The notes below the pieces were generated by a model, which did no database searches, was not told where the DNA came from, and saw nothing but the letters and a program-made list of their open reading frames with translations. A DNA stretch of 64,000 nt from Pelomyxa schiedti (taxonomy: Eukaryota; Protista; Evosea): assembly GCA_020536535.1 (NCBI GenBank), contig JAHLWZ010000817.1, positions 1 through 64,000 on the forward strand. Reading direction: 5' to 3'. Below are positions 1 to 11,193 of this stretch, one piece after another; position 1 is the stretch's first letter; each line of letters opens with the position of its first letter. The translations under genes and the position numbers were made by a program.

Positions 1-1800
1 CTCAGAAACTTCTCCATTCTAATGGTGCCTGCCGTTTGGATATGGACCTTGCCACTTCCCCAATAGGATGCCATTTCTTCCGTCTTCAGAAGCATGAATT
101 GTTGAGCACTAATATGCGGCCACTGAATCTGGGTCTTTTCTTATTGCATGGGATTTGTTTCAACAGATGCATTACTCCTTCACATACTGCAGTACCGAAT
201 TGAGAGTAATCCCACACCAGTACTTCGATGTCTTCTGGCAATGGAGCCTTTTGAAAAAGACTTTAAAAAGAGAAGTACAAAGGACACTGAAGAAATCAAG
301 GTGCGCCAAGAAGAAAGGGGCTTCTCCCCCCGGCTCCATCCAAACTCTTCCAGACACATAAATTGAAAGGCCCTCACTCCGTGCCAATTTCTCAATGCCA
401 CAAACTGGCAGTTTCTGATTCTCTACCTTGGGGGAAAGTTTATAGTGGAAGCTGCATCATTAGAGGAGTCCTCACTTGCTAAATGGATTGAAAGTGCCAA
501 TACATCCCTGAAAAAGGTCAAAGGGAAGGACTACGTAGTAGATCAAAACAAGGCCACACACCAACTAGAAGTGCAGATTGTGCACCTTGGAACTGGGAGA
601 ATCATGCATGGTTCTAGGTGGTCGCGTACATGAATTCGTGGAAGCAAGGGAAGGACTATTGCCACAGGACCAAAGCTACACTATTGCGTCAATATACCTT
701 CTTTGGCGGCGTATCTTCAGCCTTACTGGCACAGCTGGAGAGCCAGCGGAAAGAAATGAAGTGCAGGAGATTTACAAAGTAGACTTGTTCGATGTTCCAC
801 AAGGATTTTTCACACATCTGAGAAACACAGGGAAGCCATTCTGGAGTCCATTTCTGCAGTCTCAGAGAAGAAGCATACTTATACTGTTTTTATCAATTTC
901 TGAAAGTGAGGAATTTTCAAGGCTTTTGTATTCAAAGGGGATTGATTACCCACTCGTTACTCAATGAAATGCAGAGAGAAGATGAAGACTACATTGTATT
1001 TAAGGCTGGCCAACCAGGTGCCGTAACGGTTGCCACTAATACAGCAGGTCGTGGTACCGATATAATCCTGAGCCCTGAAGTGAAAAAACAATTCAGGGTT
1101 GCACTGTGTGTTCACTTTCTTCCCTCAAAATTTTCAGATTTTGGTGTCTGAAATCAAGAGCAAACCTCTCTGAGATTTCAGTAGAGTAGTTATACCAACT
1201 AAGGAGTCTAGAAGTGCAATCTCAGTCAGCATCATTGCTGGATCTTCTTCCACAACTAACAGACATCAAATCTTGGAGTGAAGAGAAGTTTTCCAACAAG
1301 TGCTTTTCAAAAGTTGCTCAAGTCAGCACTCTGAATCAGAGTGCCCAATTTCAGGTAAATGGAACTATATGACAGTCAGAACAGTGGCTGCTCCTTCATT
1401 CACAGGCAATCGGCTGCTCAATTCCTCACAAACTTCTGCCTTTTGACAGAGGTTCATGAAAAACAACCAAAATCCACCCCTGAAACCAATAAGTCCCTCA
1501 GTTATTTGGATGACACCCTTTTGCTTGTCCAGGTTTTTTTCTTGGAAAACCAGCTGGAAGTGGCAGCTTGGTTAGTGTGGTTGTGGGGGAAATAAGGTGT
1601 AGACTGGTGCTGGCTGTGCATGTGGCATCTGATGTGGCATTTTGGGTAAAAAACAAGTGAGTGACAGCCCTTGGGTCACAGTCCACTTGTTCTTGTCAAC
1701 TTAACTCAGGACCCAGCAAAGGTAACAATATTGGTGCTGCTGGAGCAGCCACAATTGCATCACTCGTTCCCTCCTTTTTCCTATCAGACCTACACAAATG
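1..1800 (+). pseudogene. Decayed eukaryotic SecA-like (SecA DEAD/helicase-C) gene with LRR remnant; begins before window
   Basis: SecA motifs occur in order but in different frames: DYVV..IVHLGTGRIMHGSRWS (445-633), RVHEFVEAREG..SLTGTAG..YKVDLFDVP (578-967), [30 protein letters not shown] (906-1151), then [10 protein letters not shown] in another frame near 1096. The breaks are not flanked by GT-AG introns, and a GATT duplication at 940-947 explains one of them. LRR-like GNNIGAAGAATIAS near 1720. Confidence 0.75.
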
Positions 1801-1875
1801 CGGCACAGCCGACCACTGCCGTACACCATCATCACATGCAGTAACAGGAAAATCTAAAGTTTGAAACCCAAAAAA

Positions 1876-3134
1876 ATGTCAATGCTGACGGGGATCGGAG
1901 CACACTGCAGCTTGTGTGGGAGACTGGATTTCTTGCCATTCACGTGCGAAGCATGCAACAAACAATTTTGTGCAGAGCACAAGATCCACCCGACGTGTTC
2001 CGTGCTGCCAAATGTTGGTGCATGTATCACTCACGCATTCGTTTTGTTCTTTTTTTTTTTTTTTTTTAAAAGGAAAAAGCTGTGTTATTTGATAGACTAA
2101 GAGCGGTGTAGAAAGTGGTTGCTGAGTGCCCATTGTGCAATTCGGTTGTTCCAGTTTTAGAAGGTGAGGATCCTAACAAAAAGGTGCTTTTTCATATATA
2201 TTTCCCTCTGCTTGGCAGAAGACACTAGTGAGGGAAGAGCACTTACCTTGCCGTTGATGACTTACCCAGGTTAATGAGCACATAGAACAAGGTTGCCACC
2301 GTGACGCCCCCAAGCCCAGTTCATATCATGCCTGCTGTGTAAGGGGTTGCACCCAAACAGAGCTCGTTCCCGTAACTTGTCCACAGTGTAATCTCAATTT
2401 TTGTTTCAGGTAGTAAAGACAGCATACTCCCTATTAAAATACATTACCATCAGCTCTAACTCGTCCCACAGACATCGACATGGTTGGGATCACAACTGCT
2501 CTGGAAAGTCTTCTGGTTCAACCACAACACGTCCTACCCACACTGCAGTGACACCTAAGCCTACACCCACCCTCTCGACTCCAACAGCAGCTTCCTCCAC
2601 CACTGCATCAGCCTCAGTTATACCAAAACAACCTGAATCTGTCCGGAGACTTCAGACACTACAGAGTGAAAACCAGAAGAGAAGTAACAATAGTGTTGCC
2701 AAAAAGGTACCCTCCCCCTAAAAAGCCATTCCAATTAAGTGACAAAACCTAGGTAGCCCTAATGAAATTGAAACAACATGCTCGTGGTGATCAAAACGTT
2801 CCTTCCGAGAGGCGTTTCTATGTCGAAGTTGTTTTTCCTTTCTCAAGCAATCTCCCAACCGCCTACTGTTTCTTTGATCAATCCTGGCCACTTGGAAAAG
2901 GTTGTCTCTCCATTACCATGCGCATTCCAACCTTCTACAGTTCTGGATAAAATTGCTGAGTACGGGAACATTCCCAACCACAACGACCAGCTTGACAGCC
3001 CCAAGTTGATGCTGATATGCCTCAAAACAGGAATACCCCTGCACCTCCCCAGTTCCCTTGCAGAGACTCAGGCCGAAGGCATTCTTGCTTCGGGGGATGC
3101 TGTATTACTTGAAACCTCTGACGCCCTATTGTAA
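1876..3134 (+). CDS. AN1-type zinc finger protein (two AN1 fingers, UBZ-like segment, C-terminal ubiquitin-like region; ZFAND1/Cuz1-like), multi-exon
   Basis: HCSLCGRLDFLPFTCEACNKQFCAEH; ECPLCNSVVPV..DPNKKVNEHIEQGC; CCVRGC..ELVPVTCPQCNLNFC..HRH..DHNC; ALMKLKQHARGDQNVPSERRFYVEV. GT-AG introns link the exons. Confidence 0.88.
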
Positions 3135-3211
3135 ATAATACAACTGTTGCTCGAACTACTCAATTGAAAAAAACAGAGATTCCTTCCAAGAGGGAGTTAC
3201 TTCCTTGTTGT

Positions 3212-5648
3212 TTAAGTGATGTGGGCAAGAAGGTATGTGGCTATATGAGCTGTGTCACTGCAATTGTGCTCGTGGGCTGCCTGTTGTAGGTGCTGTATAA
3301 TGGACTCCACATTACTTCCTTCGTTATGCAGCATGATATTGGCTGCTACGAGGTGTGCCGCGCAGTTGCTGGGAGAAAGAAGCGCCGCTTTTTCAGCAAG
3401 TAGGACACTTTCAGGTTGTCCTTGTTCAGAGAGAATGATGGCGGCGTTGAGATAGTACACTGAAGCTAGTTCGGGTTCACCTGTGTTTTCCCGTATCTCA
3501 GCAATTCCAAGAATGGATGGAACATGACTGGGATTTTGCTCCAGGTTGCCCCTAAAAAGTGGTTGGAGTTTTTTAAAGATAAAGGTAGAGAAATACCCAT
3601 AAATTGTTTTTAGAGCCTCTGCGGCCATCGATTTAGTTTCAGGACAATCAAAGCCCCTCTTTATCAATTCGAGTCCCTCCACAACTTGACCACTTCGGAG
3701 ACGTGAAACACCAATCTAAAGCCAAGTTACTCAACAACTCTCAACTACAAGAAAACCTACAGAGTAGTACACTTCACAATACAATGGCTCTACATGTTTT
3801 AGTGAAAAGGAAAAAGAGTGATTGATAATAACCAATCTCGAGGGCTCTCTCGTTGTATTTGATGGCTAAAGAATATTCTTCTTTTTCAAAAGCATGTCGT
3901 CCCAGAATAAAATGTACTTTCGCGCTGTTTGGGCATACTTCAAGAGCCTTTGCAAAGAGAGTAGCATCATTGTTCCAGGTGTCATTATACTGCAATGTGG
4001 TAATACCATAGAAGCTTAAAAGCAAAACAATAGAAAGAACTTCTAATAGACGAAACAGCTACCAAAATAAGTTCCAACATCAACCGCTAGGGAAAAAGTA
4101 CCTTAGAAAAAGAAAAGCTGCTAGATTTATTCCAACAATAAGAAAATAACTTTGAAGCAGCAACACAAAAGGAAATGGAGGGTAGATATAACAATCTTTC
4201 TCCGATAAATGTTCCAGGAAAGAAGAGTATATTCTACCCGATTTTATCAGAAGTGAGTTGAGAGGATTGGGACACACTGAAGCAGGGAAAAAAAACGTGC
4301 AGAACCAAGCCAACAGTAGAAGCCAAACTCGTCCGTGCTCCAGCTTTCGAAGGCAGATAAGAGTTGTAATGATTGCAAATGAATAGATTCCTACTGAAAT
4401 TATATTTTTCACATCCAACCTGATTTTCAGTGAGATGAAGCAAAAACAAAAAGACACAAAAACCATGTATCCACAAGGGGCAGACAGTTAAAACTGTAGT
4501 CAGGTGAGAGTTTCAAAGGGAGAACCAACAATTGGAGATATTTCGAATGAAGAAGGCCAATATTAAGCCAAAGGGTGCTGCCAGAAAGTGTGATCAGGGG
4601 ATTTTCCAGGTGCCTGAGGTTGTTGGGTGCCATGAAAAGCGTAACTGATCTACAGACATCCAGATATTTAGGAGCAGTCCCAACTAAAAATCGACACACT
4701 TCCGTAAAATTAAAAGCATGAGACCCCAAATTGAGCAAGTAAAACATCTGCACACGAAGCAAAAAACAGCGTAACCCGAGTTGGAGTGAGTGAAAGTCTC
4801 CAGAAGGTCATAGCACAACTACTGGGGTTTACAGAGTAAGGAAGGGGCTGGTAAGGAAATTGAACACACCAGGAACGGAAGCACGGAAAGACCAGTCTCT
4901 TTAGAGAAAAAAGCGGCACTGCAGAGCACCATAGATATCATAAACCATCCACACCCTCTGATCCCCGGTTTTGTGCATTTCTCGTAGGTGAAGAAGGACA
5001 ACAGGCAGAACAAAGCGCAGAGTATCTCTGCACGCCCCACAATTCCTGAAACCGCTTCCACATGAATTGGATGTGCAGAAAACAGTACAGCAGACAGAAA
5101 TGCGGTGAGAGAATCGCCTGGGAACATGTATAGACTAAAAAGGTAAACCTTTTCGAATAAGGAAAAAATGTAATGTGAAAAAGTTCGTACAGTTATACAG
5201 ACTAGGGCGTGAAACATCACATTCCAAAAACGAAAGGTAGATGAAGCTTGCGGTGGAGTGTTAAGGTTTGTCCCATCTTCATTAGAATCAGCAACGAATT
5301 TATCATAAAAAAGTCTGGTGAGCTTAAAACTGAGCACAGTGACAGGTCTGAAGCTTTTGTGTGAAGAGTTGGAAGCAATATCTACAGGCAATAGATAAAG
5401 GTGAGTAAGCATGAAAGTAACAAAGTGAACTACCGTTCCCCCAAAAATCGTGATGCAGAAGGTGATAATAAGGTGTGCTCGGCACCACATCCAAATTTCG
5501 TTCTATTGCTGCATGATCATCAAAGCAAAATTGTCCATGCACAGCATTGCTGAACCATACGCCAACAGAAACGCACACCTTGACTAACTAAGCACGAGGA
5601 TCTTTTTACACAGAACAAACCAAAGACAACAATAGCCCATGTATCCAT
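3212..5648 (-). CDS. TMTC-family protein O-mannosyltransferase (multi-TM GT-C domain plus TPR repeats), multi-exon
   Basis: FCFDDHAAIERNLDV..HHDFWG; SHKSFRPVTVLSF; LFSAHPIHVEAVSGIVGRAEILCALF; FFSKETGLSVL; WNNDATLFAKALEVCPNSAKVHFILG (TPR). Start inferred at 5648 (MDTWAIVVFGLFC) with a 31-nt intron at 5579-5609. Confidence 0.9.
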
Positions 5649-5879
5649 GTGTTCCCACGAGTCGGTGATTCGGTACCGCGGCCCAAGATCTGAGTCTTAC
5701 TCCCCGGCCCTCCTCCCTTCATTCCTCGATTTTTTTCCTGTTATGTCTTTTTTTTTCCCTCGTTTAAACGATGCCGACCTCTTCTCGTAAGGTGTCATCA
5801 CAAAAAAATGGGTGGTGATTGAGGAGTGTCCTCTCTTTGTGCACATGTGTCCCACAATGAGAGCCAAGGTCACTCAAGG

Positions 5880-6362
5880 TCACTCACTGTGATGAACTGG
5901 GGGGCCAATGTGGAATGGGTACAACACATCAACCAAACTGGGCCTCCTTGTGCCGCTGTTTGTGGCACGTGACCGTCCAACAGCCAGTGCTGCCAACACG
6001 ACCGCAGGCACCCAGCCGTAGTAAAAGGCAGATCCAGCGACGCGTCTCACACGCGGGAGCATACTCAGAACCAGAGATCTGTACGAGGTAGTCAGATGTG
6101 TCGTCGGTGCAGTCGTCGTAGTTGTTGCTGCCGCTGCTGTTGTTGCTGTTGTCGTTGTACTCGCGGCCCTCGTCATGACCACACTCGGGGAAGGTGAAGG
6201 AGAACGTGACAACGGAGTCGGTTCGGGTGTTGGTGATCTCGCCCATAATCGCGTCGGTGACCACGACCGCAGGCGTGCCCCCGTCGCTTGCACGTTGTCT
6301 GGCAGTTGCAATGACATCACTTTATTCCACGCCGACCGGTACCACGTCTCCTCCGAGGCCAT
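5880..6362 (-). CDS. TOM7: Tom7-like mitochondrial outer-membrane translocase subunit with about 100-aa Ser/Thr/Pro-rich N-terminal extension (160 aa, single exon)
   Basis: C-terminal VRRVAGSAFYYGWVPAVVLAAL..RPSLVDVLYPF matches the Tom7 pattern (yeast AHYGWIPFVLYLG..RPNFLNLLSPL). ATG at 6362 follows an A-rich leader. Confidence 0.7.
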   Translation of the reverse strand: MASEETWYRSAWNKVMSLQLPDNVQATGARLRSWSPTRLWARSPTPEPTPLSRSPSPSPSVVMTRAASTTTTATTAAAATTTTTAPTTHLTTSYRSLVLSMLPRVRRVAGSAFYYGWVPAVVLAALAVGRSRATNSGTRRPSLVDVLYPFHIGPPVHHSE

Positions 6363-6583
6363 TTCTCCTGTTTTTTTCTTTTCGATTATTAGAAAAGATG
6401 ATAGAACGCAGATGGTTTCTATTTCGGAAAGGGCAGTTGCACCGCCGGATTTGTTTACCTCACTCCAATTAAGAAGAAGCATTTAATTTTTTTCCTTTTT
6501 TTTCCAGTTCGACAAGCACACACCTTCGTTCGGGTGCTCTCTTTTCCGCGCGTCACCGCATTTTTTTTTCTCGCCACAAGAGA

Positions 6584-7483
6584 ATGCACATCCCATCCAA
6601 ACAGCGCCATGACGTTTACATGGCCCTCTTCCAAGGTAAACAACAAAAAACCGCGTTTTTTTTTTTTTCGAAACGCGTTTCGAAAACAAACCGTTTTGCG
6701 TCTTCGCTTGATCGTGTCGTGTTTTTTTTTTCCCTATGTTTTGTGTTTTAAAGGGGGTAGTGTATTGATTTTGGTGGACAGACGGCGTGTTCTTGGCCAA
6801 GAAAGATTTCTTCGGCAAGCACTACATCATGCCCATCAACAACTTGTTCGTAATCAAGATCATGCAATCACTCAAGTCCCGCAACTACGTCACCGAAAAC
6901 TTCAACTGGCAGTGGTTCTACTGGTATCTGACCAACGATGGAATTAACTACTTGCGCAACTACCTTAACATTCCTGACGATGTCATGCCAAACACCCTCA
7001 AGAAACCAACGTAAGTCCTTCTTCCCCATACTACATGTAAAATTAGTTAGTAATATTGCTTTTGCTTTTCCCCAACACCAATACTCACAATTCCCACAGA
7101 CGCAGATTGGACAGACCCGAGAGAGGTGAACGCGGTGATAGAGACCGTGGTGACAGAGACCGCGGTGAGGGCAGGGGATACCGCAGGCCCTATGGAGCAC
7201 CTGGGTCTGACAGGTTCGGAGACAAGAAACCCGGAGCCACCCCAGACTTCGCCCCAACTTACGTAAGTAACCAGTCCTAGCCGCACCCTCAAAACCGCCG
7301 CATCGCAACCGCTTTCCTTAATTCTCGTACCCCTCACAACACCCATTTAACCCAAACAAACACAAACAGCGTGGAGCCACAGGAATGGGAATGGGACGCG
7401 GCCGTGGAATGGGCGCCCCACGAACACCAGGAATGGGAATGGGCCGTGGTGCTGCTCCCCCACCCCCAGCAGACAAATCCTAA
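6584..7483 (+). CDS. RPS10: 40S ribosomal protein eS10, 4 exons
   Basis: MHIPSKQRHDVYMALFQ / DGVFLAKKD..MQSLKSRNYVTENFNWQWFYWYLTNDGINYLRNYLNIPDDVMPNTL; RG-rich C-terminus; intron 1 at 6636-6781. Confidence 0.97.
6665..6686. repeat. Perfect 22-bp palindrome TTTTCGAAACGCGTTTCGAAAA in RPS10 intron 1
   Basis: Sequence equals its own reverse complement (read directly). Confidence 0.9.
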
Positions 7484-7659
7484 ATACAAGTAGTTCATTG
7501 TCCTTGCCTCTTTCTATCCACTTATTTTGGAGACGTTCTTTGTCCCCTGAGAAGCCCTTTTTTTTTTTCTTTCCACACAACACTCCCTTTTGGCTCTCAA
7601 AACTATCTAAAAAAAAAATCGTACTTTTCAAATTCATCGTTTTGGCAAGTCGAGGCTGG

Positions 7660-9241
7660 ATGGGTGGCACTCAAAGCACTACGACGACGGCTGCACCCGT
7701 CGCGCGACCGGTCCAACTTGGAGGAGGCTCCTCGGTCTCGGGTGGCGCCCCGGCCACCGGCGGCGGTGCACGGCAACCAAACCAAGTTGGGGGGTGCGGC
7801 GCGGCCGCGCCTGCGTTGCTGGGACAAGCGGGCGACGACAAGGCTGCGACAACAAGCGGCAACAACGGCGTCGACGGCTCCGAGTGGTTTCGCTTCTTTG
7901 AGGAGCAGGCGCTGACGGTCGCGTGTGCTAGAGGCCGGGAAGGGAATGATGGGAAGGCTGCTGCCGCCGCCGCGGAGAAGCGTAAGGGGATCGTGGGTGG
8001 CCTGCCCGGGATTATGGGAACCGCGCCGGGGCTTGGGGATTTGCCGGTGGAGGCGCTGGCCGAGATTGTGGGATGCGCTTGGCCGTCTGTGCCGTGTTGG
8101 TGTCATTCTTCTTTTCATTCGATTATTGCATATCTTCCATACAATCAGTATCCGACTCACTTTTTTAGGTATTGTTCTTGCCGGTGGTATTTTCGATAGG
8201 TCAATTGGACCCACTAACAGTGCTGTGGCCTTTCATCCTTTAAAGCACAAATGGGCACGCCTGCCCCCAATGACGAGGGCAAGGCAGGATGCCAGTGCAT
8301 GTGTGGTCAGAAATACACGGCTATATGTCACAGGCGGCTCAAACTCAGAGACCCCTTCCATGAATTCTTTAGATGTATTTGACTCCCACAGAATATGCTG
8401 GCAATTGCCACCTGGTGAGGAATCCGCTGTGTCCTGGTCTCGCATGTGCTGGCCCAGGTGTAACCATACCGCTGTTTCTGTCGGTGACTGCATATATGTC
8501 TTTGGCGGAGATGTGCCTGGGGAGATAATGAGTAGTGAATCTTCGTCCACGGCCGAATTCCTGGATACCAGAGAGTCACAGTGGAGGGTGTTGCCGTCAA
8601 TGCCTGTTCCTAGACGAAATGCTTCTGGATTCTCTGTTGATGATTCTTATGTATGTATCTCCGGCGGATTGTTTGGAGGACATCTAGGGTACACCGTTCG
8701 CAGCTGCGATACATTTGATAGAAGGGCAAACTGCTGGCTTCCAGGGTGCAATACTTCACAAATGCCAGACTCTTGCTCAAGGCACTCGGCAGTTGTGCTG
8801 GGCGAAGAAAAATCCGTACTCGTTGGGTCCGATTCCCATCCAGAAATGAATGTTGCAGCTATCTCCTCAAAACAGGCCAATGACTTGCACACAAAAAGGG
8901 TTCTTGTACTTGGTGGTGTAGGACCCTACTGCAACGCAAATACCCGGATATTTCAGTGCATGTTAAGTAAGACAAACGAGCCCTCAGGGAGATACCGAAA
9001 TCAGAGCTGGAGCTATCACAAAGCCACGCTGCCCCCCCTGTTATGGCATCAACATAGCACTGCCGTAGCGGTGGCTAACACTGTCTATATCTTCAGCGCC
9101 GAAGAGGAAGTTCCATTTGGCAACAATAACAAAACAGTCCATGTGTGGGATACTGACACTGATGTGTGGCAACATTTTCCCATGTACCTTAATAAATCCT
9201 GGAAAAACGGAGTGGCAGCCGTAGTCCATTCCCGTTGCTGA
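7660..9241 (+). CDS. F-box-like / kelch-repeat protein with putative N-myristoylation motif
   Basis: MGGTQS N-terminus; LGDLPVEALAEIVGCAW F-box-like segment; after one intron, kelch repeats (RLYVTGG..W; CIYVFGG..W..LPSMPVPRR; VCISGG; VLVLGG). Confidence 0.85.
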
Positions 9242-9401
9242 GTTGACCGCACACACACACCTGTATTGTTCTGTGTGTACGTGTACTATGTCCACAATTC
9301 TCGTGAGAGAATCGGGAAAATTCCGATGTTGTACAATAGAACCATACAGGCACACTGTTGACATTCACATAATAGTAATAATAATTTGACCAGTGTTTGA
9401 C

Positions 9402-9718
9402 ATGGCACAAAAGAGCGCACTGATACTACGGCTCGAAACGCCATTGCAACCAACTCCTCAGACTGTAGACCTAGTCCGTTCCGTTGCACTCCAAGGCCTC
9501 GTTTGGAAACAAAGTAGGGAATTGTTGGTTTTTGTTGTTACTGTCTGTATGTGTTGAAGAGACTCAGGGACATACCAACAGGCCAAATTGATTTGACTGG
9601 ACTGCGAATAATGGCAGTCATCGAAGACGAAAAGGTGTCTTTTGAAGATGTAGAGCAACACCTTGAAAATATCATTCAGGGGGTTAGAGTTCACTTGGAA
9701 GCTTTCAATAAACTGTGA
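9402..9718 (+). CDS. Small protein (82 aa) resembling only the EF1B (eEF1B alpha/delta) guanine-nucleotide exchange domain
   Basis: Splicing intron 9514-9581 gives MAQKSALILRLETPLQPTPQTVDLVRSVALQGLVWKQSQIDLTGLRIMAVIEDEKVSFEDVEQHLENIIQGVRVHLEAFNKL*, colinear with EF1B AKSSILLDVK..VRSIQADGLVW..CVVEDDKV..AAFNKI*. A short upstream exon is possible. Confidence 0.65.
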
Positions 9719-9880
9719 CAGGAAATTTATTTACTTTTGGAAGGACCAGGAAGAGTGGCCGAAAAAAAAAAAATAATAAGTTTATTCACGCATTTACAAG
9801 TCATTTACAATGTATTGGCCTGGCCAATACTCGCGGTTTTTACAATCTCAAAAATGGTAAAGTCTATGTTGCATGATCGT

Positions 9881-11193
9881 CTACGAAGCTGTGAATTTGC
9901 GGAAGACTTCTAGACGAGACCCAGTGCTGGTTTCAGGTGGGTGCATGGTATTAAGTATGTTTACAGTATTCACAGCTTTTTTATTAAAAGTTAGAGGGGT
10001 TTTTCCTAGTTTGGCCGACATACGTGGGTCACCTGCGGTTGGTGTATCAACCAAGGCTGGTGTGGAGTGCGGCATGTTAAACGCCTGTCCCAAGGTTAAA
10101 TATTGTGGCTAACATCTATTGGTCTACCTGTTTTTGCTTATCTTCTTTGGTATTCTCAGGATCACCCATGTTGAATGGCTTTACATTTGTTAGAAAGAAC
10201 AGGATATGGGAAGAGTATTACTTCAGCATTTGGTAGCATGTGGATAAACCTGCACCTTGTTCCATACTTGCATGTCCCTACATACAATGTAAATTATTGA
10301 GAACCGGGATTTCTATCTATCACATACCAATGGTGTGAAAGGTTTTGCATATCTCAGTTTTGTATCTTGGATGTCGTATTACAGGGCGGAGCTCCTCCTG
10401 ACCATGTGCAAACTGGCATTTATAGCCATATCGGCAAGTTCCATTCTCTGAGAAAGATCGACAGAGTTCAGTCTTATATAGGCTGGTGGGTTCCTAAAAA
10501 AAGCCATGTTAGGTTTAACTTCATTTGAAAAAACTCGAAACCTCTGTATGTGAAGGAAATGAAGAGGGAGTCCCACTCATAAGAGATGATGGCCCACCCA
10601 ATGCAAAGTCAGCAGGGATAGATGTTGATGGAGGTGGTAGAAGCCCATCTATCTCAGGACTCTCTATACGGTATAAGACAGGGAAATATGTAATGTACTT
10701 GAAACTTACCTTGAAAGTAAGGAGGCATAAACGTAGAGCCCATATTGGCCTGGGGCCAAGACACGGCATATTGTGGTGTTGGAGCACTCTGCTGGTGGAG
10801 ATTCCGTGTATTTAAGTTTCGGCAAGGCCGTGGCGGGGTCGCTGTGCGCGGAATACTAAAATTCCACGTAGTTTCAAATGGAGTGGATTCCTGAGAAGTG
10901 CTTGACCCACACATCAAGAAGGATTCCTCCTGATTGCCAGGCATCGCCTCCGGCACCTGAAGAACCCAAGGGTGGAGAGGTGGAGGAGACTGTGACGAAA
11001 GTTGTCGCGCCGGGGTTGGCGGTGCGAGAGTGTGTCGATCTGACGCAAAAGTGCCCAGAGGGGTCCCCACCGGCAGCGTTTCCGCGACCGCTGGTAAAAG
11101 TGGGTTTTTCTCGCGAGTATGGTACAAATGAGAGATGTCGTCTGCCCTTGCGGCGTTGTTGCAAGATCCAAACCGTAGTTGTCGCGTAGACAT
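9881..11193 (-). CDS. Tristetraprolin/ZFP36/TIS11-family tandem CCCH zinc finger RNA-binding protein, multi-exon
   Basis: Spliced minus-strand exons give [63 protein letters not shown] (about 10230-10495). C-terminus [12 protein letters not shown]. Confidence 0.92.

Noticed and set aside
1-1151. SecA motifs as bacterial contamination or endosymbiont insert
   Set aside because: Motif variants are of the eukaryotic SecA-like type, composition matches the flanks, and it is contiguous with intron-rich eukaryotic genes.
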